Below are positions 1 to 14,000 of a stretch of 64,000 nucleotides of DNA, piece by piece. Position 1 is the stretch's first letter, and each line of letters begins with the position of its first letter. The notes under the pieces are model-generated. The model saw nothing but the letters and a program-made list of their open reading frames with translations, was not told the DNA's origin and searched no databases. The translations under genes and the position numbers were made by a program. This DNA is from Raillietiella orientalis (Eukaryota), in the NCBI GenBank assembly GCA_036172245.1, contig JAYWIR010000034.1:868001-932000 (forward strand), given 5' to 3'.

Positions 1-1640
1 TGGTACTAGTACTTCGAGAGGGAGCGCTCTTAGACGTTCAGCTTTAAGTAAGGATGCTCGCTGTTAGCCGCTGTAGTCCGAATCTCTCAGATAGCTACCG
101 TCATGCCGTCCTTCCTCAGGTATCTTTAGTCTGGGTGATGTTATCCAATATTTTGAAATCACCCACGACCACGATGATGTCTTTGGGCATGGTCTTGAAG
201 CACAGAAGGGTCTGCACTGCCTCCTGACACCGATACTTTCCTTCGTGCAATCCGTGCATATTTACCAGGGATAGGTGGACGCTTCCGAACCAGGACATCT
301 GGACTCCAACGATCCAGCAGGGCCATGGAGAAGTTTCCAAGTTGGCATGGAATATCTCATTCTTCACGAGGATCGCCACCCCTTTCGTCTTCTCGCCGGC
401 ACTCACAAACAGTTTGGCGTCCAGGAGTCTCTAGAGTTCGAGACAGGTCTAGTGATCCGTCCTGTGGGTCTCCGACATGCTATGCCATCGTGCTCGATGG
501 TGCGCATGATTCTTCTTTTCTCCTACTTCCTAATGACGTTGATGTTTTAGGAGGCAATCTGAAGGCTCCTGGAGGACTTCAGGAAGCAGACCATCGAGAT
601 TTAAGTCGAGAATTTGCCTTTTTGTTTCTCCTTCTGCTTTGGAGACGCTGCTGGTCTCCTCTCCGCTTCTATTGTATCCCCTAGGTCGCCTTCCGTCTCT
701 GCGTGGTCGGTGCTGTCTTTTGAGGGGTTGCTCTCTTGGGTTATACGCTAATTTCCTTAGCGCACAGCGTGGTCACCTCTCCAATTTGCATGAATTCGGT
801 TTTCACCAAATTCAGTTGGCTACTCACACCCCGATGCCTACTGCTTCTCTTTGATCACGTAGATTTCTACCGGCGCTTCCGAAGAAGGAGGAAGCTCTTC
901 TGCAATTTGCTCCCTCTTATTTGTTCTCTTCCTTTTAACCTCAGTGAATCCCGGGTCGCAAGCTTCTTTTGAGTTTTCTTTATTTCCTTTTCGTTCTCGT
1001 TCACTCCACGGAATGGGGACTGTCCCTGGCTGATCAGCCACTGCAAGCACCGCCTGCTCTCGTGCTTGGTATGTTCCGAGAACTTGCATTGATAGCATTG
1101 AGGCGGCCTCGAGCATGCGCGAATGAGGTGATCGTCCTGTCTTCACTTGTCATATCATGCCTTCGGGTAGGTGCGGACCTGTGCCTGAACTGCTTGTAAC
1201 CAGCGCAAAAGACAGGTAGCAGTCTATAGCGGATCAGAACATGCTGTTGGGAGTTGGCATCCTGTGCAGCAGTCTTCCATTCAGAACGATGCCCTGCTCT
1301 TTGATGGCCTCCTGTAGCTTCTCGTTCAGGATGAACACCATGAAGCCGATGGCGTACAGACAATCGCTTTGATGTTGTTGAAGTACACTGTTTCTCACAC
1401 GTGGCACGTAAATGTCTCATAGATTTGCGAGATGCTGGGTTCCTGTTTTAAAGGTCACCACCAGGAGATCTTTTTCAACCATTGGATTTCAAATAGGGAG
1501 GGTGTTGCTGCGCTGTGTTTACGGACGTGTCCGTCGCTGTCGCCGCGTACGACGCAGAAGGCATCGCTGCCCACTCTGACGCCTCCCTGAAGTTCAACTG
1601 CAGGGATGCCTTCATGGCCGTTGCGGTCGCTGGAAACTGT
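1..1640 (-). mobile_element. Decayed L1/Tx1-clade non-LTR retrotransposon, 5' part (ORF1 with zinc knuckle plus start of the ORF2 APE endonuclease); runs off the window start
   Basis: 116-406(-) reads KGVAILVK...SWFGSVHLSLVNMHG...PKDIIVVVGDF, which parallels the APE of the element at 21492 (KGVVILVK...AWSGSVHLFVVNVYG...PKDVVVIAGDFN). About 1030-1130(-) reads CSRPPQCYQCKFSEHTKHESRRCLQW, matching the ORF1 knuckle CERPKRCYFCEAEGHERKDCQKYQDW. Stops and frameshifts are present. The 5' boundary is approximate. Confidence 0.85.
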
Positions 1641-2291
1641 GATCTTGATCAGCACAGAAGTCTTTATCTTTTCATTGTGCTCCAGTAAAATCCTAATGTC
1701 TCTAATTCCCGAAATGTGCAAATAACATTCATTCATTATCGTGGCATTTTTTTTAAATATATGAATTTACTCATTCTTATTTGTTCTAACTCCATTCGCT
1801 TTGGGTTTCAATGTAATTTTCATATTCAGAGAAAAATGAGTTATTCTTGTCTCACAAAAGATCAGTGTATCAAATTTCTGCGTATGAAGTTTACTTGTAT
1901 CAATTAAACAGTGAGAGCGCGTTTCTTTCAAATGAGAACCGGCTTTTCATTAGAAGGATTTAGGGTTTGTTGAGTTATCACGAAAATTGTTAAATTAAAT
2001 CAATGCATTTCAAATATTATGACATGGCATCCCTTTGATCAATGCGGAAACGTGCCGTAGGTATGGTGAACGTTCCAGTCAAGAATTATAGCATCTGAAG
2101 CGTAGCAGAAGAGTGATGTGATTCGGACTACAATTGTTCATTTATTCGAAAAAGTGTTGAACATACTAAGACTTCTAACCTTCAGATGATAACGAATAGA
2201 ACTCTTCATTAGTTTTTGTAATCCGTCCATCAGTTTTAAAGGAGCTTTCAACAACGACAAAATAAGCATTTTCAAGTAAAAAGCTACATAA

Positions 2292-3027
2292 ATGGCATGG
2301 AACTTCAAAGATGAGAAAGAAGTTAAGAAATTTCTCGAGAATTTAGAAATAGAGTACAAATTCGGATGCCTGAAAGAGAACAAGGCGCACAGTAAGATAA
2401 AATTTGCGTTGCCAAGGTATATTTGCTTACGTTTTTTTTAAAGGTTGTCACTTACTGGGAGACTATTATGAATCCATAAAGGGTGATTTTCAGAAAGCAG
2501 CATCATTGTACAAAGAAAACTGTGATAATTTGGGATATGGGCACAGTTGTCATAAATATGCAGCATATGCTTTTTATGGTAAAGGAACCAAGAAAAACAT
2601 AGGTTCAGCCAAAGATTATTTCACCAAAGGGTGTGAAAATAAGTACTATCCATCATGCTGTGGATTTGGAATGATGGTTTATCATAGTGATCAAAGAACT
2701 GATGAAGATGTAAAAGCAGCTGCTCAGTTCCTTGAGAAAGGATGTGATCACATGGTTTCAGAGTGTTGTTATTATTTAGGATCCTTTTTTATGAATGATA
2801 CTTTTAATTTATCTACTGACAAAATGAAAATGGCATTTACCTATATGTTAAAAGGATGTGATTTAAATCATATGGATTGTTGTTGTAATGTGATTCAGAT
2901 GTATGAAAGAGGTGAAGGAACTGAGAAAAACCTCGAGTTAGGAAAACAATATAGAGAGAAACTTGGAGATCTGCATTCTCAGTTAAGTGGAAAATACAGA
3001 AACATTACATTTGGGGAAAGAAAATAA
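2292..3027 (+). CDS. COA7: Cytochrome c oxidase assembly factor 7 homolog (SEL1-repeat protein); exons 2292-2391 and 2444-3027, 227 aa
   Basis: MAWNFKDEKEVKKFLENLEIEYKFGCLKENKAH joins through a 52-nt GT-AG intron in frame to SCHLLGDYYESIKGDFQKAASLYKENCD...; Cys-rich SEL1-like repeats and C-terminal ITFG are typical of COA7. Confidence 0.93.
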
Positions 3028-4576
3028 GTGCTACTCTTGTTTGCAACCAGTTTCAGTTACATTTGAATCAGAGTTAATGGATTTTAGCTGTCAGAATAAT
3101 TACAGTTTTTTAAAGACTATAGTTTTTTGAAGGTTAAAATTCTGACGTATTCTTGGGAAGACCATTGATAAAGTTTGGTTAATTCAAACCAGTTATCTCA
3201 GAGACAGTTTTAGAAATCTTTAAAAAAATTGTTCACATCAACCAGTTTTGAGTTTCTAAGACTTTAAGGAAGCTTGAAAAAAAACCATAACACAGGTTGA
3301 AACAGAATCTGGAAGTAAACTATCACTAGAACGAAGAAGGCTTTTTACACCAGTGCAAACTGACCGAAGTGCAAACAAATTATGTCAGAACCATATTTAT
3401 GGAGAGCACATAAAAATGCTTTTTAATAATTTTGTGAAAGAATCAATAGCTACCATGGGAGTGTATACATACAGCCACAATAAAACGACACCATAAAAGA
3501 TCTGAGCTTACTACATTATAATAACATTTTAACATAATTGATATCATTTCTGCTGTATTCATTACATTATTTTTCAGTGACTGTGGACTAATAGCACTAG
3601 AGGTTCTGACAGGAAATTTATCAGGGCATGTGCTACCCTAAGAGTATTTTGACTGTGCTAAGGTAGCACTTAATGCAACTTTACAGAAAAGGAAACAGAA
3701 AACAATGCAAAGACAGCAAGTCAAGCAAACTAATTGCTCAATTTCCACCACTGCACTTATGAGAAAATATCCTTCAAGAAATGCCACATATTTTGGTTAG
3801 AGTTGCAGGAGCAGTTTTCTTGAGCGAAGATTAAAAGTAGTAATTTTGATTAGCGAATTTCTTCATGAAAAAATTCCGCGGCATGACGAAATGAATTCTA
3901 CCACAGATCTTGAAAACGAAAACTGCTAGAAAATTGATATAAGACCCTGATGAAGGTGAAAAAGTAAATAACTATAAAAATTCGCTAGTTTAAAAATCAT
4001 ATTATAAGCAGAATCAACTTCGAAAAACAAGTATAACTATAGAGGGATCGTAGACCTGATTCTAGAATAACGTTTTTTCTAAATGGATGTCTACATAAGA
4101 AAACGGTAAAATGCTCATGAAGAGAATGGTTTTGGGGTATTCAAATCGCGTATACCACGATTCCAGAAATTATTTTTTTAAAAATAAACGAAACCGACCG
4201 GAACGCTCGCCTATCGTTACGTTCCTAGTTTCCTGTCTCTGATGCGTTTTTTTTATTTCATTTGAAATGTCTTCAAAATCGGCTTAACGAAGTCGTAAGT
4301 AAAGGAAGTGTTCACTGATAACAAACTGAACTTAATAAAAAATCATTCGCGTTATAGATGAAATATTGGCCCTCTGTTTAATTTAACCCAAGAACATCTC
4401 GACACTTTCAGACTTCTAACAACTGTGGATGACAAATCCTTTTGATACGCCCACTTGACTTGGATCCTGCATCCATGTGGATGTGGAGTGCCAACGAATG
4501 TTAGGACGCTGATTTCACTGCAACATTGTAATAAAATGCTTTTTTTTTTTTTTGACACAGAATTGAATGAACATAT

Positions 4577-4682
4577 GTACACGCTTCGGCTGTACGTATA
4601 TTAAAATTGGAACAATACACAGAAGATTACCATGGCCCCTGAGCAAGGATGACGCAAAATCGTGAAGCGTTCCACATTTTTT
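4577..4682 (+). pseudogene. U6: Full-length U6 snRNA retrocopy (pseudogene)
   Basis: GTACACGCTTCGGCTGTACGTATATTAAAATTGGAACAATACACAGAAGATTACCATGGCCCCTGAGCAAGGATGACGCAAAATCGTGAAGCGTTCCACATTTTTT matches canonical U6 along its length. The ACAGAGA box reads ACACAGA and the AGC triad reads ACC. No TATA is seen near -30 (a poly-T tract lies there). Confidence 0.93.
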
Positions 4683-6527
4683 CTACATCCATGGAATGCG
4701 GACGAACAGCATTCGGATGGAACGAGACGTAAGATGGGGGGACGCCCTCAGTCCGATGCTGCTCGTCATATATAGGGAAGCGGTATCGTCACTATTGGAA
4801 AACGGCAAGAAACTACAAGGAGTACAAATGGATAAGGAAAGGCTCACTCAACCTGGCATACGCCGACGACCTTTTAATTAAAAGACGAGAGGCATCAGCG
4901 TGCGGTCCGGGGCGTAATAAAGTCCACGGAAAAAGGACTGGGACTTTAGATCAATGCCCAGAAGTTCTATCTTCTGCCTGTCGGAATCCTGGAACTCTCC
5001 ACATTAACGGAGAATGGATTCCGAACGGTAGATGAAGTGAAATATTTGGTAATCCATACTGGAGAGACTTCAGTGTCACAAACAATACGGAGGGATATCT
5101 TCGAGAAAAAAAAAGAAGCGGCAAAATACATCTGGGCCGATTTCAATATGAAGCGGAGGGCCAACTTTTGGAATGGAGTACTCCTTCCAAAAATACTCTA
5201 CGGAGCGGCCTTCTGCAGATCAAATAAGAAAACCCCAATGGAGGTTGAGCAGAGGCAAAGAAAAATTTTATGGAGGGAACACAAACTACGAGTAAACCTT
5301 AAGATTTTATGCCGCCCAAGAGAAGAGAGCGGGATTGGAATGAAGTCTGAGAATCTGTGGAATTCCTGGATGGAAGACAAATATTGGAAATGGCTGAGAA
5401 ATGGGACAAGTGGCCCTTTGCAGCGCATCTGTTCACTCGAAGGTGCTACATAACTCGAGTGGCCTGATCTGCACTTATAGGCAAAACTTTTGAATGGAAT
5501 GAACTGCATCCAACTTGGAAAAGAAAGCAGGCACTTGTGAGGACGGATCAACTAAAAACTGTGCCTCTAAGTAAAGAAATTTGGTATGAAAAACTAGCTT
5601 CCGTGATTCCATGTTTTGTCTCGGTTCCGCGGGAAGCACAATTTTGGATTCGTACTAGGCAGCAAATGAAAATGCAAGACTGCGAACAATTCGTTACCGG
5701 CGGAAACTGCCACAAAATGCGAATGTTCCAATATTACGAAGAAATCACAGGGAGATTCACCCACAAAACGCGAGAAGTATGGTTACACCAAAACGATGCG
5801 TGGTATTGTGTAAAAAAAAGAAAATTTTAAAAGTCTTCTATACCACGGAAGACAGCAAACGGATGCACTGGTCCCTGCGGCCAGACCGAACGGATGTTGC
5901 GATGTCAACTCATACGCCGTTGGAGAAGTCGTGTGGCGAAGCGATTTGCCACCTGACACTCGAGATGAACTCCCGATGTTTCATCACGGAGGAATCATGA
6001 GTGGCTCTAGACTTCGACACTGGACTGGACAGGATCAGGGTGGCCTCTGCAAGGCATGTAGACTAGAGGAAACGCAGTTCCACGTACTTATCTGCCCCAC
6101 TCTCCGACCGGATTGGCGGACGGTGATGCCCGTGATTGACCTGCGGGGGAAAAAGAAGATGGAAATTTTTGAGGGTCTGTTTCACAGGGTAAGGAACGTA
6201 CCCCTGTACAACCCAACGGTTAGGATTACGCTTGCCCTGTTCATCACAGCTATCGTGATAAGGAGGGCAAAGATGAAAAACATCATAGCAAGAGTACCGG
6301 CATGGAACATAATGAAAGCATTATTTTAATGAAGAAAATAGGGATCAGTAATTGTGGGAAGATTCAAGTCTGGACGTATCGCTTCATCCTAAAAAAGATC
6401 GAATACGACCAATCATAGGAGAACTCCAACAGGATTATAAGATTCATAAAGTAAAAGAAGTGTGATAATAAGCTATATATAAAATTGTAAGAATTAATAA
6501 ATTCACCCCTTCGCTGGTCGGACTGGA
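4683..6527 (+). mobile_element. 5'-truncated, decayed L1/Tx1-clade LINE (C-terminal RT half, post-RT region, C-terminal Cys/His region, 3' UTR) fused to the U6 copy
   Basis: Begins in RT (YIHGMRTNSIRMERDVRWGDALSPMLL, the GVRQGDPLSP region). Followed by LAYADDL near 4853, KYLVIH, ILWREHKLRVNLKILCRPREESGIG, and FHHGGIMSGSRLRHWTG...CKACRLEETQFHVLIC...YNPTVR, colinear with the element at 19660-24936. AATAAA at 6496. Confidence 0.9.
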
Positions 6528-9479
6528 GACAACGTAGGTTGAAACTGTATGGCTAATTGAACAAGGAAATAATGAGTAACGAAAGCAAGCAACTTTCCAA
6601 GGGAATTCATGATTCCATTGACTGACAGATCGGTGAAGGTCTCCAACCAGACCACAGATTTAAGAAACAGCTAATGTCAAACGTCAATCCATAGCATGCA
6701 AGTAGCTTCTCGAGAACGGTTTAAAATTATTAAATTGGCGAAACATTGTTGAAGGTTACAAAATATTTGTGCAAGTACGGATTTCTCGTTATTTTTATTA
6801 TGTTTGGGATTCATATAGTTACAAGCTACCAGTTGCTCATGTTGTTAATTCCAGTAATAAGAACGCTAATAGGAATCTTGGGCCTATTTCAAATCATTGA
6901 CTGCTCGAAAGTTGAAGCATAAAACATATATCGAAACCTGGGTTACATATGAAGAGTAAATCCGAGCTGGATGCTCCAGGAGAAAACAAAAATGAAAACG
7001 AAACAACATAGATTTAAGCAAACTTGAAGGAGGTAACTGTTTTTAAAAAAAAGAAAAAAGAAAAAAAAAGAAGACAATTATTGTTTTACTTACTGATGCA
7101 TAACGCCTAATGATGTAACTTCTTAGGATACTTGAAGAAAACAGTGGCTGAAAAATTGTTGGACCAAACTTGCATTGGGGATGCGATTTTTTCAGTCATT
7201 TTCTCATTTACTTAGCATGACTGTTGCTTGGTGCTGAAAGAGAAGAAAAATATATACGAGTTGAGGAAAATGTTCTAAAAGCTGAAATTCCAAGAGCTAT
7301 GCACAGTAAACTTGTTAAAAACAGATATTACTTCAGAACACTAAAGTAAGCAGTAACCTGCAAAAATATCCAGAGAGCATGGAAATTTCTTTGTTCCCTT
7401 TGAATTTCGATGGATGCGAAAAAAATGAATTCTATCCAGTTCTTTCGAAAACTGATAACGAACTCACATTCATCGTAAACAGTGAGCACCTCAGTGAGCT
7501 CGACGCGACGTTTTGTAGTTGGCTTTCTAGAAAATAATGACTAAGCAATAATTTGCTATTCTTGCATCTTACTTGTTGCTTTATGTGAAAGTACGTCTCC
7601 TGTGTCAAAGAAAATGCATACGAGACGAGATCCCCAAGATGTGTAGTGACTTTCCTTCATACAAGGATGCAGCGCGCGTTTCCTCTTCCATCATCTCTAC
7701 TCTCAGTGCATTTCTCTTACCTCCTGTGAAGTTTGCATTAAACTTGCAGGACGGATAGATGGATGTCTGTTGGTTCCTTTTCATACCCTCACAATTGCTC
7801 AATTCTGAGGAAGTGATTTTTTTTTTTTTCAGCTTTCAATTTTGTATTTGCACGTCATTCACTTCATCAGCACTCAGCACAATCTTCCACACTTTAGGGA
7901 ATCACGAGAAGCGTATGAGTAGATGAATCTTGAAGAGAATTTCAAAATGACTGAATGTATGTTATAGTTAGTTACCATGGTTATTTATGGTTACACATTA
8001 TGAGTGAATCTTATCTTTAAAATAAGTTAGGATTGACCAAGAAATAAATAAAATAAACAGAATGAATATATATAGTACAAATAAATATATTGAAGAACCG
8101 AAAGAACTCCAAAGAACCTTTCATTCATTCTCATTCATTCATTTCAGACACTCATTCGAAATTTATCCTATAAACTATGGAGTTTACAAAGAACTCCTTT
8201 GTAAATTCCATTTACAGTGGTCTGAAGTTTATTAGAATACCATTTGTTATTTGAATGCCCTCACAGATAGTGAGAAATGGTAAGAATGAAATTTGTCTTT
8301 CTTTATACCGGCCTCTTTTGTTGAATTTTCCATTTAGCCACAATGTTCTCAGAAGACACCTTCTGCTTAGATTTTTCTGCAATTTTAATTCACAACCAGC
8401 CTACGGAAAGATGCACCTCATGGAATGTGTATTCCTTACATAGACTTTGTCCCAACTAATGAACACATGGGTGTCTTGGCAGAAAACGCGAAAATCTGCA
8501 AACACTTAATGGGGTCATTTGCTTCTATGGAAGGCCAGCGGCAGTTTTTGAAAGTTTCTCTCGGAGCAAAACAGTGGAAGCAGAAGCAGAAAAGTTTTAG
8601 TCTTCAAGATTCGAACTGTTATCAATAATTCTGCTGCATATTTGAAATTTTCGAAGCTTCTTCCATCACTTTGAAGTCATATTTTTAGAATATGTGTTTG
8701 CAGAAAGATCATACGGAAAAGTTACTTTTATCTCGAAATGTGGAGTATTATTATCCATGTTTAAGAAAAGGCCAATGACTTTTTCCATATTCAGTACGAG
8801 TCGCTGTATTTTGAATGCGTTACCAACGAAAAACGTTCAATATGGTGTCATATGACATTTTCGGTATCATTTCTTAGATTTATTAAAAAAAACCCAAAAT
8901 TTCCACAGCAGCTGTAATTAACTTGAGCCGATGCTTTTGCACACTCTAGGTGCAAAAGCACCGGCTTTTTGGTGTAGAACGCCAGTGATTTCTCTGAGTT
9001 TTGCATTTTTCATGAATGATTCACATTCATCAAAAAACCTACGATGTGAACTACATTACACATTGAGATACGTACGGTTTTCCGCTTCCATATGTTATGT
9101 ACTCCGCCCACTTGATCACCCCCATGCTAAAGTTGCCATCAGCTTCGAAAAATATGGTACCCGAAAAATATGATCTTGACAATCTTTCTAAACATATTCG
9201 TTTGGGTTTCTAAGTGTAGTCCACCATACAAACTGATCACAAAGTTGGCAGTTTTGTGAACATACGGTTGCAGTTACATTCTCCTCAACCTCTTCTAATG
9301 CTTTCTATGGCGTAGGCTTTCACTTCACATTCTTGCCAGAAAACAGTGATGATAAATAGAATTCATCAGTTTCTAACTGTTCTTATTAAAAAACACACTG
9401 TGGGATTCTATTCGTTAAAAGCAAATTAAACACGAATAAAAAACTCATTAAACTTTATTTTGTAAGACTTCAACTGAAA

Positions 9480-10000
9480 ACTCGAATCGCTCAAATGAGT
9501 ATTCATAAGCAATGAGCAACAAACAGACGAGCGAATGATGCTCCGCATAGAACAAGAACTGATCTCTGAGAAGTAGACTCTGAGATTAGGACAACTCGTT
9601 AAAAATCATGCATTGCAAAACGAACTGGAAATACTAAAGATAAACCATGAATTGCCAAAATCACAAAACAATTCAGAACACGAAATCAGGAACCAGCACT
9701 GCAGAAAGCATTCTCAGCATGCATCCAACTCGATCTCGTTCTGAGGTCCGAAGTGAAACACGCAAAATACATGCCCAAAACCAGCAAATTTGCTTCAAGA
9801 GCTGTTTTCATTCAGAGCTGTCCTCATTCGAATTCTGACTCGCATGAAGTTCGAAACGACCTACTGAATTTGCACAGGTTGAATCGAAGAGACAACAAGC
9901 GCCGACTATATGAACAGTGGAAATTTAAAAAAACACATCGTCTTTTGTTCTAAAAGGCTTTCATAAATACTTTTGCTGAAAACTGAATGGGTTGAGTTTA
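9480..10000 (+). mobile_element. Possible highly degraded LTR-retrotransposon gag relic
   Basis: A stop-riddled coiled-coil-like translation is followed by VLIRILTRMKFETTY*ICTG*IEETTSADYMNSGNLKKHIVF, loosely resembling Gypsy gag capsid motifs. Weak evidence only. Confidence 0.25.
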
Positions 10001-11029
10001 CTGTAGCGCTAACTTATAATGGAAGTCTGAACCAGGGAAAAAAGATACTAAAGGATAGCGCCTGGTTGGGGTACTCTAAGGAAAAGTTCAGGTCACTTTG
10101 TGAATGATGCCCTTTTCGACCAGGATTCCTTCTGAGGCGAGGCACTTTAATTCCAAATCCGCCTGTCAAATGATATTGCCAGGGAAAAAAAGAAAAGGAA
10201 ATCATGGAAAGACTGGTGGCAGTGCACCACGAATTAATTGAAGCTACAAAAAACAAAAATGTTTACTGAAAACTAACCTTATTCACATAGTTCCAGCAAA
10301 CACTTTACCGAACTTTCGTAATGAACTTTCTGCACCTAACTCTGCACCACTTATGTAGTCATGATGGATTAAGAAACGAAAATCGCAGTACGCTAAACTT
10401 GGTTTAACAGCTTTCTCGTATCATCATGCCTTTAGTGATTCAAGAGAAGTCTCTGAATACTGCATCGTATTTCTAAACCTACAATATCGAACGAAGAATT
10501 TTGTGAGCATTCTCAGAATTGTGATTTCTTATCTAGCAAGCAAAATTCTTTGCCTTCTGCACTTACCTGGAATACTACATAATCCTGCAGTAACCAATAA
10601 AAAATCTGCTTACAGTCTAATTTATGAATATGCTCCACTCCAATTCTGCTGGTTTGTATATACGGTAGGTCAAATAACAGAGTGGAATGCGTGAAAAAGA
10701 ATATGCTCAAATATTACAGAAAGGAAACTCTTGGATACACTTTTACATACATGCTTTTGTATTAGATATACTCATATCACAAAATAAAAATGTTTATTGC
10801 ACATTCCTAATCACAACACTACTTCCATCTGTCATTCATAATTAGTTACCGTTTCCAGTAATAACAATGCACAAGAAATGGTTTATATTTTCATTAAATG
10901 TACAGTAATATGGGCACTGATGTTCATGCTAAAAACAGTTAAGCATCAGGCTCTCCAATACCAGAGGTGGAAAAAGTGAAATAAACAAAAATAATGGAAA
11001 AAAGTACAAAATCTATGTGCTCATGAAGG

Positions 11030-14000
11030 CTAGGATTCACAGCCTACAGAGGATACGATAAGGTTATTGATTTCTGTATTCTTGCAACGAACAATTAGTT
11101 GCATGGTCACATTGTCAGCCTGCACCAGTCGCACTCGTGCCAAAACATCATAACCACCACGAAACACACCTGATTTCTCATCAAGGGGTTAGTTAGTATG
11201 TTTAACTCACCAGCAAGTAACAGAGTATGAGAACTCTTGCCTTCTTGTACCTTGTCTGATCGCTCACAAGGGTGCATCCCCAGAAACAGACTTACATTCT
11301 TAATAGCTTCAGGAATACTTCGGACAGATGTCAAGCAATATGTGTCTTCCATTTGGTTTTGTTCTCCAAGTTCATTCCATGCTAATGCAAAATCAGTTTT
11401 TTGTATTCGCTGCATGTGGTCAGCCAGTGTCAATTCCACATCTTCAAGCTGAAATGGACCTGTGATTGCTTCCTGAATGTAATTCAGTAATCTTTACCAT
11501 GTATTCATCCTCATAACCTTCTTCCGAATCTGGCTGGCCAGTAACAGGATCACAGTCCTTAACCTTGAATTTCAAGGTAGCTGGAATGGCTCCTGCCAAT
11601 GAATTCCATAAATATATCTCACTGGAAATAATGTACAAATCTTACCTGTACAGGCAGCAATGTCATTTGGTAGTGACAGAAGAATGTAACATACACCAGA
11701 GCTATTGTGTTCCAAACGAGGACAGGGAAGTTCATAAAGCACCTGGAGATCATCCGAAACATCTAGTGCCACACGAACATCTTCCAGCAGCTGGTCATTC
11801 AGAGTGTTTGTGCAATCAAACTGAAGCACCATGTGAGCACCAAACACATGACGGATACACTGAACAGTGTACTCGGTGTCCTTCTCAGTCAAATCTTGAG
11901 GCTGTGAACTCTTGAAGAGAAGACCAAGAGAAGCAAATTGTGGTATTGCAGATAGTTTCTGTGCAAATACATCTTGTCGAGTGAGTGTTGGTCGCTCTGG
12001 TTGCTGAGTAGTTAGGAGGCCAGTAACAGTAGACTTCTTTTCACTAGCAGTCTCAACCATAATAGGTACTGAATGAAGATCAAATGGTTCAACAGTGGGA
12101 TTAGAGTAGTACTGCTGCAATGCTTTCTCCAGACCCAAAACAGAAACATGCAATCCAGCGACCACATACTCATTGCAAAAGCCACGTTGCTGCTGATCTA
12201 GCAGGGTATGGTAGAAGATGGCTCGATCACGCACTTCATCATCAGGATCCAACTGGCATCGCAGTAAAAGCACCAGAATGCAAGGCAACAGATCATCACA
12301 CAGAGCACCAAATCGAGCTAAAGTTGCTACAGCTGCAGCACGCACAGCAGGGCATTCCAAGATGATCCTGTTGTAGATGAACCGAATATACCGAGATGGC
12401 TGCTTTGTACGTGGCCCTTCTTCTGCCAGCAAGTGTAGAATTCGCACAGCCAAGCTCACATGTTCACAGTCCTCAATAAACTCGCACAAATGCGCTAGGC
12501 CAGACTCTTTGGCCTCAGGGTTCTCTTCCAGTAATGTAATAATGGTATCTGCAATAGCTGCCTTGTATTCCAGACCCCCTTCGTCACGTAGCAATGATGA
12601 CAGGAAATTCATCAGTACTGTATGCTTTCGAGGAAACTTGCTGCACAGTGATCGCACTGCCTGCAATGCAGCTTGTTGGAACTAGTTCCCAACGAGTCAG
12701 TAACCCCACCTGCACCACTACTACTTTGAACTCATCACCAATTTCAGATACAAATGAAGATATCTGTTTCATGAAACGATCCACAGATGTTTCAGCACCT
12801 GTCTTCAGTAATGTTGTAATGGCCAAAGTAGCAATGGAACGATTCATATCAGAGATCAAGTTTTCCAGATCCAAATTACATGCTGATACAGCTACAGGAT
12901 GATTCATTGCAACTTGATTTAGTGTGCGCACTGCAGCAAAACGCAGAGTTGCCTTTGAATTGGAGCAAAAGAGTTGCAATACACTGATGGCAGGCATAAT
13001 GTCTCGAGGTGAGCTGTTGCGCAAACCCACTATAGCATGGGCAGCCTCATACACCACCATCTCTGACTTATGACGGATACAAGCACTGATGAAATCAAAC
13101 AACACAGAGTCTGCTCCCATTTCTTCTTCATTGAGCAACTTGCTGGCAATTCGTATCTGAAGATCATGATGGGTTAATGATTTCATATTAATATATTTCC
13201 ATACCAAAATACAAATAGCATAGGGAGAACGGGAACTGTAAACAGCCAACTTGGTTACCAACTTGATCACAGCCAATCTATCCACTTTCCTAATCTGATA
13301 GATAACACCTAAAGCATGAAACTGAATCATATGGCTGCAAAACACAGAAAGAATACATCTTAAAAAACACTAGTATTATAGCTCTGGCATACTTGTCAGA
13401 ATTCAGCACTTCCTGAACCTCACTTGCCCAGCGTCGAATCAGCTCACTTGAAGTCTTCATAAGATGCAAGCTGCTAACCAAAGCAGCACTACTCACAGCA
13501 GGCATCTTGTCCACAATTGCTTGCTTCATGAATCTCTCAATGGCCTGTAGCATGGTGTTCTGATAAACAAGACAAGTTAGGCAATCTAATGAAATCCAGC
13601 ATACAGTACATCAGTAACAGCACATAAAGCTCGGATGGCAGCTGCTCGGAACAAATCCACAGGACCTGTCATGTCTTTAGTCAAACTAGAAGTCACAATG
13701 ATTACATCTTCTGCAATGGGGGCAAGTTCCTTGATACCCAGATACACCAATCTTCTTAAATTTACATCTTTACATTGGAAAAGTTTTGTCATGGCAAAAA
13801 ATGCTTCTGTAGCTTCTGTGGTTGTCAGTTGTTCCCCCTGGAAAGCAACCATTAACACATGATGCATCCAACAAAGTAAAAATACAAAGACTGGTATAAA
13901 ACTAATCTTCACCTGACTCAGAAGGTACAAAATCTTTGTTAAAATTTGAGAGCATTTTTTTGGGTTTACTGATGATTCATTGAATAATCTGAAATCCTGA

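Noticed and set aside
4577..4682. Functional U6 gene
   Set aside because: The ACAGAGA box and AGC triad are mutated, there is a 2-nt deletion near GATGAC, no TATA is visible, and it is fused to a LINE.
4561..6562. TSD (AATTGAA) around the U6-LINE chimera
   Set aside because: Only 7 bp, AT-rich and not flush with either end.
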